A stretch of 64,000 nucleotides of DNA from an uncultured delta proteobacterium (GCA_963817385.1 CAWFOM010000006.1:64001-128000); one strand, 5' to 3'. Positions 14,667 to 25,659 are shown, counted from the first letter of the stretch. Translations and numbers: made by a program. The notes: generated by a model not told the origin, from the letters alone.

Positions 14667-14983
14667 TTGAGTAAGATCACCTGTTCCCTTCCCGGATAGG
14701 TCATCTGCAGCTTTTCTCTGGCGATGGTTTCGATCCGCTGGGGCGATTTCAGGGTGGCGAGTTCGACCTTCAGTTTCGCCTGCTCTTCGGCGAGCTGTTC
14801 CCGGCTGCTCAACTCCTGCGCGACCTGGTACTCCAGCTCCGTCATGTGGATATGGCTCCATACATAGATGAGCGCCACCGCCATCAGGACGGAGGCGATA
14901 AAGATCCAGGTTGAATATCCGACATCGAAGGACGCCCTGTCCTGCTCACGAACCGTCTGTTTGAGAACCTCTACGGCCTGCAT
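14663..14983 (-). CDS. ftsL: Cell division protein FtsL
   Basis: TM plus leucine-zipper coil, SPQRIETIAREKLQM; between rsmH and ftsI. Confidence 0.9.
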   Translation of the reverse strand: MQAVEVLKQTVREQDRASFDVGYSTWIFIASVLMAVALIYVWSHIHMTELEYQVAQELSSREQLAEEQAKLKVELATLKSPQRIETIAREKLQMTYPGREQVILLK

Positions 14984-14985
14984 GG

Positions 14986-15921
14986 TCAGATCCTCTCTGC
15001 CGTCCTGAGTTTTGCGCTCCGTGAGCGCGGATTGTCGCGGATCTCCTCGTCACTCGGGATGACCGGCTTTCGGGTCAAAACCTTCAGCGTCGGCTTCTTG
15101 CCGCAGGCGCAGACGGGAAGATCGGGGGGGCAGATGCATCCTTTTTCCCCGTTGCGGAAGGCATTCTTCACGATCCTGTCCTCCAGGGAATGAAAGGAGA
15201 TGACCGAAAAGCGTCCCCCCGGCCCGAGCCGTTCCATCCCGCCGGCCATGGCCTTTTTCAGTCGGTTGAGTTCGTCGTTGACGGCGATCCGGAGGGCCTG
15301 GAAGGTCCGGGTCGCCGGGTGGATCTTTTGACGCGCGGCCTCGGCGGGCATTGCCCGGAGCACCACCCCGGCAAGGTCGGCCGTCGTCCGGATCGGAGAA
15401 TCCTCCCTGGCTTTGGCAATGGACCTGGCGATTCTGCCCGCCATTCTCTCCTCGCCGTAATTCCTGATGATCCCCGCCAGCTCCTGCCACGGGAGGGTGT
15501 TGACGAGATCGGCGGCGCTTCTGCGGACGTCTCGGTCCATCCGCATGTCCAGAGGGGCGTCCAGGGTGAAGCTGAACCCCCTCTCCGCCGCGTCCAACTG
15601 GTGGGAGGAAACCCCCAGATCCAGGAGAATCCCATCCACCTTGCCCACGTTCTTTTCCGCCAGAATCTTTTTCATGTCAGCGAAATTCCCCCTTACCAGT
15701 ATCTTCCTGCCTCCGAACGGGGCCAGCCGTTGTTCCGCTTCCCTGATCGCCTCTGCGTCGGCATCGATGCCGATCAGAAGACCGTCAGGCGCCGTGTTCT
15801 GCAGGATCGCCTCGGCGTGTCCTCCGCCTCCCACCGTGCCGTCGACGTAAATGGCGCCCGCCCGGCAGCGAAGGGAAGCAATAACCTCTCTGACCATCAC
15901 CGGCGTGTGGAACAGATCCAT
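14986..15921 (-). CDS. rsmH: 16S rRNA m4C1402 methyltransferase
   Basis: DGTVGGGGH, DLGVSSHQL, ISFHSLEDRIVK, NPRSRSAKLR. Confidence 0.98.
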   Translation of the reverse strand: MDLFHTPVMVREVIASLRCRAGAIYVDGTVGGGGHAEAILQNTAPDGLLIGIDADAEAIREAEQRLAPFGGRKILVRGNFADMKKILAEKNVGKVDGILLDLGVSSHQLDAAERGFSFTLDAPLDMRMDRDVRRSAADLVNTLPWQELAGIIRNYGEERMAGRIARSIAKAREDSPIRTTADLAGVVLRAMPAEAARQKIHPATRTFQALRIAVNDELNRLKKAMAGGMERLGPGGRFSVISFHSLEDRIVKNAFRNGEKGCICPPDLPVCACGKKPTLKVLTRKPVIPSDEEIRDNPRSRSAKLRTAERI

Positions 15922-15933
15922 TTCCCGGGCCTT

Positions 15934-16380
15934 TCATATTCCGAGATCCGCCATATAGTCGGTAAAGCCGTTCAGGTTATCGCCGCTTGCCTTCATCTCC
16001 GCTTCGAACTGCTCCTTGCTCCAGATCTCAATCACCTTGATCATGCCTGCCAGGACGATCTCCTTATCCAGCTTTGCAAATTCCCTGAGGTTGGGGGGAA
16101 TGAGGATTCTTCCCTGGCCGTCCAGGGTGCAATCGACAGCCCCAGACATGAAAAACCGCTGAAAGGCGCGTACTTCTTTTCTAAGGAGGGACTGATGGGA
16201 GACCTTTTCCTCGATCACCCGCCACTCGTCGTAGGGGAAGACCATCAGATAGCCGTCCCAGTTGGTGATGACCAGACGGTTGTCGTATTTCTCGGCAAAC
16301 ACTTCGCGGAGTCGTGACGGGAAGATGACTCTCCCCTTGTCATCGATGGTGTGGTAATATTGTCCCCGGAAGACCGACAT
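15934..16380 (-). CDS. mraZ: Transcriptional regulator MraZ
   Basis: Two DxxGR motifs (IDDKGRV, LDGQGRI); first gene of dcw. Confidence 0.97.
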   Translation of the reverse strand: MSVFRGQYYHTIDDKGRVIFPSRLREVFAEKYDNRLVITNWDGYLMVFPYDEWRVIEEKVSHQSLLRKEVRAFQRFFMSGAVDCTLDGQGRILIPPNLREFAKLDKEIVLAGMIKVIEIWSKEQFEAEMKASGDNLNGFTDYMADLGI

Positions 16381-16394
16381 GTCTGGTTATTCCC

Positions 16395-16457
16395 TCCACT
16401 ATAATCCACTTTACTCCACTTTTGAGTAAAGATAGAGGAGGAAATTCGGTTTGTCAA
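16395..16457 (-). promoter_or_regulatory. dcw promoter with three MraZ-type direct repeats
   Basis: Minus strand TTGACA(16457-16452)-17 bp-TATCTT, then AGTGGA three times at 10-bp period (16395-16420). Confidence 0.85.
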
Positions 16458-16467
16458 GAAATATTTT

Positions 16468-17511
16468 TCACTTTTTTTGTCTGTTAATCTGATATTTTAA
16501 GACGGCATGATTATGTGCTTCGAGGCTGGTGGAAAATTGATGCGTCCCATCATTATTGGCCACGAAGTAGAGGTAATTGACTTTGGCGGGGTAGAGGGCA
16601 GCCCGGAGTGAATCGATTCCCGGATTGGCGATGGGTCCGGGCGGCAGGCCATCGATCCGGTAAGTGTTGTGAGGTGTGTCCCTTTTTAGGTGACTTCGCA
16701 GGACGGTTTTCACGGGGGTGCCCGCCTGTTCGAGGGTGTAGATGGCGGTCGGATCGCTCTGCAGTTTCATGCCCCGTGTCAAACGGTTGTGGAAGACCGC
16801 GGAGATGAGCGGTTTTTCCTCCTTGTTTCCCGACTCTTTGCCGATGATGGAGGCAAGGGTCACCCACTCGGTGAGGGTCAGGCCGATTGTTTCCGCCCGT
16901 TTCCTCATCTCCGGCGTGATCTCCCGCCAGAATTGCCGGACGATGATGCGGATAACCTCTTTGGTGGTCATGGATCGGTCGAACTGATAGGTCTCGGGGA
17001 AGAGGTAGCCCTCGATGCTCTCCCCCTCGATGCCGAGGGAGGCGAGGAACTCCTTATCGGAGGCGAGGGTCATGAACTCCTTTTCGTTGATAAGCTTGAA
17101 GGAGACAAGCTTCTTGGCCATTTCGTTTACCGTGATGTCCTCGGGCAGTGTCACGGTATAAGACTTGATCTCCCCCCGGACCAGCTTGTCGAGGATCTCC
17201 GAAGGGGACAGGGAGCCGGTGATCTCGTATTCGCCCGCCCGGATCTGTTTTCTCACCCCTTTCCCGAGGGCGAGCAGCCAGAAGAAGGGGCGGTTTTGGA
17301 CCAGGCCGGCCTCATTCATGATTTCCGTAATCCGGAAAAAACCAGCCCCCTTGGGAATGTCGACGATCTTCGGGGTGGTGAAATGGTTGACAGGGGAGCC
17401 GGCATAGCGGAAGAAGGCGATGCCGGTCAGGAGGACAACGAAAGTAAGCGCAAGCGCCGTTTTCCGCCGGTGGACCACGACTGTCTTCAGCATCCTTCTT
17501 ATGATCTTCAT
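16468..17511 (-). CDS. mltG: Endolytic transglycosylase MltG
   Basis: EGYLFPETY, ASIIGKE, LQSDPT, GLPPGPIANPG, YLYFVA. Confidence 0.95.
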   Translation of the reverse strand: MKIIRRMLKTVVVHRRKTALALTFVVLLTGIAFFRYAGSPVNHFTTPKIVDIPKGAGFFRITEIMNEAGLVQNRPFFWLLALGKGVRKQIRAGEYEITGSLSPSEILDKLVRGEIKSYTVTLPEDITVNEMAKKLVSFKLINEKEFMTLASDKEFLASLGIEGESIEGYLFPETYQFDRSMTTKEVIRIIVRQFWREITPEMRKRAETIGLTLTEWVTLASIIGKESGNKEEKPLISAVFHNRLTRGMKLQSDPTAIYTLEQAGTPVKTVLRSHLKRDTPHNTYRIDGLPPGPIANPGIDSLRAALYPAKVNYLYFVANNDGTHQFSTSLEAHNHAVLKYQINRQKK

Positions 17512-17953
17512 CAGCTTTTCGTGTTATTGTCCATATTACCCCCGTGCGCCTTCGCGTCGAGGTATCCCTGCAGGATGATGGAGGCGGCCACACGGTCGAC
17601 GATCCCTCTTCTCTTTTCCCGGCGCACGCCGCCCTGTCGGAGAATCTCCTCCGCCTCGCTGGTGGAGAGGGTTTCGTCCCAGCGGATGACGGGGAGCGCA
17701 AGGCGCGCCTCCAGCCGTCGGATGAACCGGTTGATCTTCTCGCACTGGATCCCTTCACTGCCGTCGAGCCGGAGGGGATACCCGATGACGATCCGCTCGA
17801 CGCCGTGGCGTCTGACCATCTCGTCGATCGCCCCGAGATCCGCCTCGCGGTTCTTTCTGATGATGGTCGCCACCCCCGGGCCGTCATCCCGAGCTCGTCG
17901 CAGATGGCGACCCCGATTCTCCGGCTGCCGTAATCGAGCCCCAGTATCCTCAT
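17511..17953 (-). CDS. ruvX: YqgF/RuvX nuclease, frameshift near 17875
   Basis: MRILGLDYGSRRIGVA in one frame; IVIGYPL, WDETLST, VDRVAASIILQGYLD in another. Confidence 0.92.
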
Positions 17954-18227
17954 CCGCTTACCCGTTCGTGAAAAACGTCCTTTCTAAACCATCCGTCCGG
18001 ATATGTCGATCTTTTTTTCCCATAAAATGCCCCCGGTTGTCAACCGATAGAGCGGATTGTCCCGCCGCCGCACCCTGTCCGCGATTGACCGGAGGGCTTC
18101 CCGGTCGTCCATACAAGGCCGATCGGAATGTGGATATCCGTATCTTGACGCCCCCTCAATTATACGCGGCAGAATAAAAAATCCTTTACACACCAATTAA
18201 TTGGGCATACATACCGAGAGTCGGAGT

Positions 18228-18263
18228 GAAGATCCTCCGCAGCTTACTGCGGAGAGCTTCAAT
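18228..18263 (-). repeat. REP-like hairpin element, family B
   Basis: Reverse complement attgaagctctccgcagtaagctgcggaggatct matches 41187-41222. Confidence 0.65.
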
Positions 18264-18301
18264 TCATTTCGGGGGCAGGCCATGAAGCTGAGAAATCAGT
18301 T

Positions 18302-18829
18302 ATGACGAGCGAATCCTTAAAAGCATATGAACAACAGCAAAGAAAACTTTTTCGTCAGACCGTTCACCGCATCTGGAAGATGGTGAAATCCGGCAGGGTC
18401 GATGAGCTGTCGGGGAAGGAAACCGGATTGGCGTCCATCATCAAGGACCACGAAGAGTATTGCGACCACTTTGAAAACACTGACATTCTGGATGGGCGTG
18501 AATATGAGGCCGGTATGAAATTCAATCCGTTTGTCCATATCAGCACCCATCAAATGGTTGAGGACCAATTGTCATCAAACAGCCCCATTGAGACCGTCTT
18601 ATTTTGTGAAGCGATGGAAGATAAGGGGATGTCGCGTCATGAGGCCGTTCATTGCATTATGATGATCCTGATTCGGGTGATTACTATTTCGGCGGCGAAC
18701 AGGAAACCCTTTGACGCCGCCCGTTATAAGAGATTACTGGATGCATGCGGGCAGGCGGAGCCCTCTGAAGTAGAGGGGGTGATTCTAGCGGATTTCTCAA
18801 GCAATAAAAATCGGCACGATCTTCATTAA
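18302..18829 (+). CDS. DUF1841-like hypothetical protein
   Basis: NPFVHISTHQMVEDQL and RHEAVH resemble DUF1841; lower GC than neighbours. Confidence 0.7.
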   Translation: MTSESLKAYEQQQRKLFRQTVHRIWKMVKSGRVDELSGKETGLASIIKDHEEYCDHFENTDILDGREYEAGMKFNPFVHISTHQMVEDQLSSNSPIETVLFCEAMEDKGMSRHEAVHCIMMILIRVITISAANRKPFDAARYKRLLDACGQAEPSEVEGVILADFSSNKNRHDLH

Positions 18830-18871
18830 CAACACGGGCAAGTAATCCACTATTGTTAACCGGGAGGGGAT

Positions 18872-19183
18872 ATGACTCAGCAGGTATCGAACATCAAGGG
18901 GCTGGTTGCCTATCAGGACGGTTCCATCGTCAGCAAGGAAATCATCAAAAAACCGACGGGGACGGTAACCCTGTTCGCGTTCGATCAGGATCAGGGATTG
19001 AGCGAACATACGGCGCCCTTTGATGCGCTGGTAACCATGCTGGATGGTGAGGCGGAGATTACCCTTGCCGGCGAACCGCATCATCTGAAGGAAGGGGAGA
19101 TGGTCATCATGCCCGGGGGAAAGCCTCACGCATTACGGGCGGTGAAGCGATTCAAGATGATGCTGGTGATGGTTCGATCGTAA
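18872..19183 (+). CDS. Cupin domain protein
   Basis: FAFDQDQGLSEHTAPFDA...MPGGKPHAL; GGAGG RBS. Confidence 0.9.
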   Translation: MTQQVSNIKGLVAYQDGSIVSKEIIKKPTGTVTLFAFDQDQGLSEHTAPFDALVTMLDGEAEITLAGEPHHLKEGEMVIMPGGKPHALRAVKRFKMMLVMVRS

Positions 19184-19279
19184 CGAACAATCATTGTCCA
19201 CTGAAGAGATGCGTGGCACTTCCTCCCGTCCGCACATTTGCGGTTGTGAAAAGCGGATGAGTCTGGTACTTTCCGCCTT

Positions 19280-21205
19280 ATGAAGCACATTGTGATGGGC
19301 ACGGCCGGCCATGTGGACCATGGGAAAACGGCGCTGATCAAGCGTCTCACCGGCGTGGACACCGACCGGCTCAAGGAGGAAAAAGAGCGGGGGATCACCA
19401 TTGAGCTCGGCTTTGCCTCTCTGACCCTCCCCGACGGACGGACCCTCGGAGTTGTCGATGTCCCGGGCCACGAGCGGTTTGTCAGGAACATGGTGGCCGG
19501 CGCCGCCGGTATCGACCTCGTGGTGATGGTCATCGCCGCCGATGAGGGGGTCATGCCGCAGACGCGGGAGCACCTCCACATCTGCGCTCTCCTCGGCATC
19601 CGGAAGGGGTTCGTCGCCCTCACCAAGATCGACATGGTGGACGAGGAGTGGCTGAAGCTGGTCCGGGAGGATGTCCGTGAGTTTCTCAACGGGACCTTCC
19701 TGGAAGGGGCGCCGGTCGTCCCGGTCTCTTCCCTGACCGGGACGGGGTTTCCCACGCTCGTCGAGACCATCGCCCGGGCGGCGGACGAGGTGGAAGAGGC
19801 GGCCGATTGCGGCCTCTTCCGTCTGCCGGTCGACCGGGTCTTCACGATGAAGGGATTCGGAACGGTCGTCACGGGGACGCTGACCTCCGGAAGAGTGACG
19901 ACGGGCGAGGAGGTGGAGATCTCCCCGGTCGGGATCCGGGCCAGGGTGAGGGGGATTCAGGTCCACAACCGGCCCGTCGATCTCGCCGAGGCGGGGCAGC
20001 GGACGGCCGTCAATCTCCAGGGGATCGACCGGACGGTGATCGAGCGGGGGTATCTCCTCACCGGGCCGGACACCCTCGTTCCCTCGCGACGCATCGATTG
20101 CGTGTACCGCCATCTGGCCGGCGCCGCGCGGAAGCTGAAAAACCGGACCCTTGTCCGGCTCCATACGGGGACGAGCGAGATCATGGCGCGGATGATCCTC
20201 CTCGATCGGGACGAACTGGAACCGGGCTCCGAGGCCTACGCCCAGCTCGTTCTCGAGGCCCCCCTGGCCGTGGTGGCCGGGGACCGGTTCGTCGTCCGGA
20301 GCTATTCCCCCGTGACGACGGTCGGGGGCGGTCTGATCATCGATCCCCTGCCGGAGAAACACAAACGGTCAGCCGAGGGGGTGCTGGAGGAATTCCGGCT
20401 TCTTTCCCGCGGCACGGGGGCGGAGCGGGTGGCGACCGTGATGGCGAGGGCCGGGATCGACGGGATCACGGAGAGCCGCCTCGTGGTCCGGACCGGCATC
20501 CGCCGGGCCGAACTCCGCAAGATCCTGGAAGGGATGTTTTCCCTGCGGACGGCCTTTCTGGTCGACCGGGATGAGGCGCGGGTCCTTTCCGGGCCGGTGT
20601 ACGCCGGCCTGCAGGAGGCGATCATCCGGGAGCTGAAGGGGTACCATGAACGGTTCCCCCTGAAGGAGGGACTTTCCCGGGAGGAGCTCCGGACGACGCT
20701 CGGCATGGGCGAGGGGACCGGCCAGAAGATCTTCAGCATGGCCCTGAGGGATCTCGAAAAGAAGGGGCAGCTCGTTGCCGAGAAGGAGACGATCCGCCTG
20801 ACGGGACATCAAGTCCAACTGAAGGGGGAGATGGAGGACCTGCGGGGGAAGCTCGCCGATCTCTACCGGGAGGGCGGCCTGGCGCCGCCGACGGTCAAGG
20901 AGATCCTGGAGCGGTTCGCCGACCGGAAGAAGGAGGTTGCGAGCCTCATCCAGGTGATGACCCGCGAGGGGGAACTGGTCCGGATCAGCGAGGATCTGAA
21001 CTTCCACCGGGATGCCCTGGCGCGGCTCCGTGAGGAGTACCGGGAGCTTCTTCTCCGCGAGGGGCAGGCGACGCCGGCAAGCTTCAAGGAGATGACGGGA
21101 CTGACGCGGAAATTCATCATCCCGCTCATGGAGTATTTCGACATGACAAAACTGACCATGCGCGCGGGCGATCACCGGATCCTCCGGGAGAGGCAGGAGA
21201 AATGA
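19280..21205 (+). CDS. selB: Selenocysteine-specific elongation factor
   Basis: GTAGHVDHGKT, EEKERGITIELGF, DVPGHERF; winged-helix C-terminus TRKFIIPLMEYFD. Confidence 0.97.
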   Translation: MKHIVMGTAGHVDHGKTALIKRLTGVDTDRLKEEKERGITIELGFASLTLPDGRTLGVVDVPGHERFVRNMVAGAAGIDLVVMVIAADEGVMPQTREHLHICALLGIRKGFVALTKIDMVDEEWLKLVREDVREFLNGTFLEGAPVVPVSSLTGTGFPTLVETIARAADEVEEAADCGLFRLPVDRVFTMKGFGTVVTGTLTSGRVTTGEEVEISPVGIRARVRGIQVHNRPVDLAEAGQRTAVNLQGIDRTVIERGYLLTGPDTLVPSRRIDCVYRHLAGAARKLKNRTLVRLHTGTSEIMARMILLDRDELEPGSEAYAQLVLEAPLAVVAGDRFVVRSYSPVTTVGGGLIIDPLPEKHKRSAEGVLEEFRLLSRGTGAERVATVMARAGIDGITESRLVVRTGIRRAELRKILEGMFSLRTAFLVDRDEARVLSGPVYAGLQEAIIRELKGYHERFPLKEGLSREELRTTLGMGEGTGQKIFSMALRDLEKKGQLVAEKETIRLTGHQVQLKGEMEDLRGKLADLYREGGLAPPTVKEILERFADRKKEVASLIQVMTREGELVRISEDLNFHRDALARLREEYRELLLREGQATPASFKEMTGLTRKFIIPLMEYFDMTKLTMRAGDHRILRERQEK

Positions 21206-21236
21206 ACATCCATTTGCAGGAAGGGCGGGTACCAAT

Positions 21237-22265
21237 TTGAAATCAAAATCGGTTTACGTGAAGGATATCAAGACCGGCGATAAGATCAGCGAGGTTTTTC
21301 TGGCGGCGGAGAAAAACCTGGCCTTTTCCCAGAAGGGATCCCCTTATCTGAATCTCCGTCTGCGGGATCGGACAGGGGAGGTGGACGGGAAGATCTGGGA
21401 AAACGCCCTGGCCTGGGACAAGGCGTTCAAAAAGGGCGACCTGATCCGTGTCCAGGCGCGGGCGCTCAGTTTCAAGAACGCCATCCAGCTTTCGATCATC
21501 GAACTCAGGAAAGTTGAGGATGGGGAGGTCGAACTGGCCGACTATTTTCCGGTGACGAAGGGGGATATCACCGAGATGTTTGCCGGGATTCTCGGCTACG
21601 CCGAGCAGATCAAGACCCCTTGCCTGGCTGCACTTCTGCACGCATTTTTCGGGGACGAGACGATTACCGCGCTCTTCAAGCGGGCGCCGGCGGCCAAGGG
21701 GTTTCACCACGTCTATATCGGCGGTCTTCTGGAACACACCCTTTCCGTTGTCCGACTGCTCGATCAGGCGGCGGGCCATTACCGGGGGGTCAACCGGGAT
21801 CTCCTGATCGCCGGCGGCATCCTCCACGATATCGGGAAGATCTACGAATTCTCCTATGATCGGATCGTGGAGTACAGCGATCCGGGACGGCTGGTCGGTC
21901 ACATCGTGATGGGGGTCGAGATGGTCGACGCAAAGATCGCAACGATCCCGGATTTCCCCGAACAGACGGCCATGGAACTCCGCCACCTGATCCTCAGTCA
22001 TCACGGCGTCCTCGAATACGGTTCCCCCAAGAGGCCCAAGACCCTGGAGGCCCTGATCGTCCACTACATGGACGACCTCGACGCCAAGGTAAACGCCTTC
22101 CAGGAGTACATCCGGGACGCGCGTGCAGAGGAGTCGGACTGGACACCCTATCACCGGTTGTTCGACCGGTACATCTACAAGGGCCGGGCGCCCCGCGGCG
22201 AAGAGGCCGGGAAACATCTTGCCCCTTCGGAGTCGCGTCCCCCGGAGGGGGAAGGCGGCGGGTGA
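21237..22265 (+). CDS. OB-fold/HD 3'-5' exoribonuclease, YhaM/Cbf1 family
   Basis: N-terminal OB fold, PAAKGFHH..GGLLEHT, LHDIGK, ILSHHG. Confidence 0.9.
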   Translation: MKSKSVYVKDIKTGDKISEVFLAAEKNLAFSQKGSPYLNLRLRDRTGEVDGKIWENALAWDKAFKKGDLIRVQARALSFKNAIQLSIIELRKVEDGEVELADYFPVTKGDITEMFAGILGYAEQIKTPCLAALLHAFFGDETITALFKRAPAAKGFHHVYIGGLLEHTLSVVRLLDQAAGHYRGVNRDLLIAGGILHDIGKIYEFSYDRIVEYSDPGRLVGHIVMGVEMVDAKIATIPDFPEQTAMELRHLILSHHGVLEYGSPKRPKTLEALIVHYMDDLDAKVNAFQEYIRDARAEESDWTPYHRLFDRYIYKGRAPRGEEAGKHLAPSESRPPEGEGGG

Positions 22266-22309
22266 CGATCGAAAGGACCCCCGGCGCGGTTTTCCCACCC
22301 TTCTGCTTT

Positions 22310-23460
22310 TCAGTAGCGGAAGACGGCGGCCAGGTCGGTTGTCGTCCGGCATTTTTTCCGGGGGCAGGATGAAGACCGATCCTCCGTTCAGGAATGTCTG
22401 GACGGCGGCGACCTCCAGGAGATCCTCGCCTGCTGTCTCCGGCTTCCGGTGCAGTTCGACGGCGCCGCTCTCCGTGTCGAACGTTCCCCAGCTGCTGGCG
22501 TCCCGCGGCGACGAAGAGCTGACCGACCCGTCCGTGAACGGCGGCCGGAACGATCTCCGGGATCTCGGCGGATGTCAGACCGGTTCCCGAGGACTGCCGG
22601 TACTGGGCGATGGCATCTTTTTCGGCCTTCTGGAAAACAGGGCTGACGATCTTCATGGCCATCCGATGAAGCGCCTCCGCGCTGGTCCCCTGGGGATTTC
22701 CGGGAATCCCCTCCTCGATCAGACGAGGATAGGTGTTAACCTCGCGATAGATGGGAAAGAGATAGTCCACTCCGGCGAGGACGAGCGGGGTGCGTTCATC
22801 CCTGAGGAGGTCGTGGAGACCCCGGTCGATCAGGCGGAAATACTTGAGGAGGTTGTCTTTCGTATCATCGGCAACCCCTCCGTGTCCGGAAACCATAGCC
22901 ATACCGGCTGCGCCGCTGACGGAGCCGGCGCGGAAACGGACCTGCTTTGCAAACTCGTCATACTGCAGCGCTTCGGCGAGGCTCTTGGGAAGAGATTCCA
23001 GTTCTATCTCCCGCACGTTCTGCCGCGTCCCCTCGAGGAGCCGGACCTCCTTCTGGCTGAGGGCGAGGATATAGAAGCGTCCTTCGCCGCTCAGGACCGG
23101 CAGGAGCGGTTTTATGTGAAACCGGTCGGCGACCACGATGAGTTCGTCAAAGGCCGCGGGGAGGCAGAAACAGCGAAAATAATCCGCCGAGAGAAAGAGC
23201 GCCAGACCGTCGCTCTGCCGTCGCCAGAACAGGACGTTGCCCGGGAGCGCCTGGGCAGGTTCCAGAAGTTCCTTGATTTCCTGCGGCCGCAGACCGCCGG
23301 CAAGCAGTTTTTCCTCAGCCGTGCGCAGAAGATTCCTGAAGCGGATCTGGTTCTGCTGGCTCTCCGCGCCGGTGCGGAAGGTGGGCATGAAAATCGAGAT
23401 GCACAACCCCTGGTGTTTTCCCATTAACGCCTTTAATTCATCCTGCGAAAATGCATTCAT
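22310..23460 (-). CDS. Bacterial archaeo-eukaryotic release factor-like protein (baeRF3/7, Balon-like); two frameshifts near 22490 and 22335
   Basis: CISIFMPT..QNQIRFRNLL, GLALF, RFHIKPLL, FYILALS, PLVLAGV; restored C-terminus EDLLEVAAVQTFLNGG...AAVFRY* (stop 22310). Confidence 0.85.
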
Positions 23461-23870
23461 GTGGCCATCTCCCTTCTCATGGTTAAACCCTCAGTGAAGT
23501 TGAGGGTATGCGGAAGATTGTTCGGATGATGAGTGAACGGGTTGTTCCCCGGTTCCGGTATCCGCAGGGCCGGCCTGCAATAGGCAACGGCATCCGACAA
23601 TAACGATAGTAAATCTCTCAGGACAAAGCAAATAATTTCTTGCGGGCGCCGGGGACAAGTGGTACGGATTTCCTTCCGGCGGGTCTGAAGATATTCCCCT
23701 TTGCATGCTCCGGTAATTGTGATAGAAGGCACCGCTTTGACGGATTCCGGTCCAAGGCTTTTCCTTTGTCCCTCAGAGGGCGAAAGCCGGCAAATGATGC
23801 TCCGGGATTCCATCCGGGAGCGTAAGCAGGGTGTGAGAAACACCCTGGTAGGAAAAATAGGTTGATACTG

Positions 23871-24981
23871 ATGACAGGCGGTCAAAAAATCGGCAGGGGA
23901 GAACGGGGAGAGGTTGCCCTCGCGCGAATGGCGCGACTGGAAATGGCAGTTCCGGAATCGGGTGCGCTCCCTGAAGCAGCTCGCCGCCGCGATGAACCTG
24001 CCCGCCGCGTCGCTCGCCCCGTGCAGGCTCCGTGATCAGAACCTATCCCTTTGCGATCACTCCCTATTATCTGTCGCTTCTGGATCGCGTCCGATGAAAG
24101 CGATCCCCTTCGCCGGCAGTGTTTTCCCGATCCCCGGGAGCTCGACTTCTCCCAGGGAGGAGTCGACGATCCGCTCGACGAGGAGGGCGCCATGCCGGTT
24201 CCGGGACTCATCCACCGCTATCCGGACCGCTGTCTGGCGATCGTCACCAGCGTCTGCGCCGTCTACTGCCGGCACTGCAACCGCAAGCGGATGTGGCGCG
24301 GGGAAAAACCCGGAGGAACGCGGGAGCGACTGCAGGCGATGGTGGATTATGTGGCCCGAACGCCCGCCCTTCGGGAGGTGATCGTCTCCGGAGGGGATCC
24401 GCTCCTCCTCGCCGAGGGCCTTCTGGACTGGTTTCTGGGGGCGCTCCGGGCGATTCCCCATGTGGAGGTCCTCCGCATCGGGAGCCGGACGCCGGTTACC
24501 CTGCCGATGCGCGTTACGGCCGAGCTCTGCACGATGCTCAAGCGGCACCGCCCACTCTGGTTCAATACGCAGTTCAACCATAGCCGGGAGATCACCCCCG
24601 AATCCGCCCGGGCGTGCGAGATGCTTCTCACCGCCGGGATCCCCGTCTCCAATCAGTCGGTTCTGCTTCAAGGGGGTGAACGACGACTATGAGACGATGC
24701 GGGATCTCCTCACCGGCCTGGAGCGGATCTCGGTGCGACCCTACTACCTGTTTCAGTGCGATCCGGTCCGCGGTACGGACCATTTCCGGGCGGATATCTG
24801 GAGAGGCATGGAGATCATGGAGAGGCTCTGGCGGAGCGTCTCCGGGCTCTGCCTTCCCCGGTACGTGCTGGATTGTCCGGGCGGCCGGGGGAAGATCCCC
24901 CTTCAACCTTTTTCTCTCCTTCCCGAGGAGGAAACCGGGAAGGGAAAACATTCTTTTGACAAGATACGCCGGATGGATTAA
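23871..24981 (+). CDS. epmB: Lysine 2,3-aminomutase (KamA/EpmB radical SAM), several frameshifts
   Basis: WRDWKWQ, HRYPDR, CAVYCRHC, SGGDPL, NQSVLL, PYYLFQCD, GGRGKIP across three frames; start uncertain; adjacent to efp and epmA. Confidence 0.85.
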
Positions 24982-25087
24982 GAAATACGCGAGGATGTGC
25001 CGGCGGATTCCTCCGCCCCGCTTTTGCGGAAGAAGAGGAGAGCGGCGTCCTGCCCCAGTCATTCAATAACAAGGAGAATGGGATAGT

Positions 25088-25652
25088 ATGTACACAGCCA
25101 GTGATTTGACGAAAAGGACTGCGGATCAAGATCGACAACGACCCCTACATCGTTACGGAATTCAATTTCGTCAAACCGGGCAAGGGGCAGGCCCTCTACC
25201 GCTGCAAGCTGAAGAACATGATCAATGGAAACCAGTTCGAGCGGACCTTCCGTTCCGTGGATAACTTCGAGGCGGCGGATCTGCAGGAGAAGAAGATGCA
25301 GTACCTCTATAAGGAAGAGGGAAAGTACTGCTTCATGGACAACCAGAGTTACGAGCAGGTCTTCCTCAGCGAGGAGCAGGTCGGCGAGGCGAAGAATTTT
25401 CTCCTGGACAACATCGAGGTGGAGATCCTTTTCTTCGAGGACCGGCCGCTGGGGATCAGTCTCCCCAATTTCATCGACGTGACGGTGACCAAAGCCGATC
25501 CCTGGGCCAAGGGGGATTCCGTATCGGGAAACACCAAACCGGTGACCGTCCAGACCGGTTACGAGCTGCAGGTGCCCCCCTTCGTCGAGGAGGGAGACAA
25601 GATCAGGATCGATACCCGCAGCGGGGAGTACCTGACCCGGGTCAAGGGATGA
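25088..25652 (+). CDS. efp: Elongation factor P, frameshift near 25110
   Basis: MYTASDL then KGLRIKIDNDPY...FVKPGKGQALYR; C-terminal VPPFVEEGDKIRIDTRSGEY. Confidence 0.96.
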
Positions 25653-25659
25653 TCGGCGG

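Noticed and set aside
21994..22309. C-terminal extension of the baeRF ORF overlapping the YhaM-like gene
   Set aside because: Product of frameshifts; the natural AAVFRY stop is at 22310
19183..23870. tRNA-Sec, SECIS element or selenoprotein near selB
   Set aside because: No cloverleaf seen and no in-frame TGA at a conserved Cys position in the genes examined; a dedicated scan was not possible
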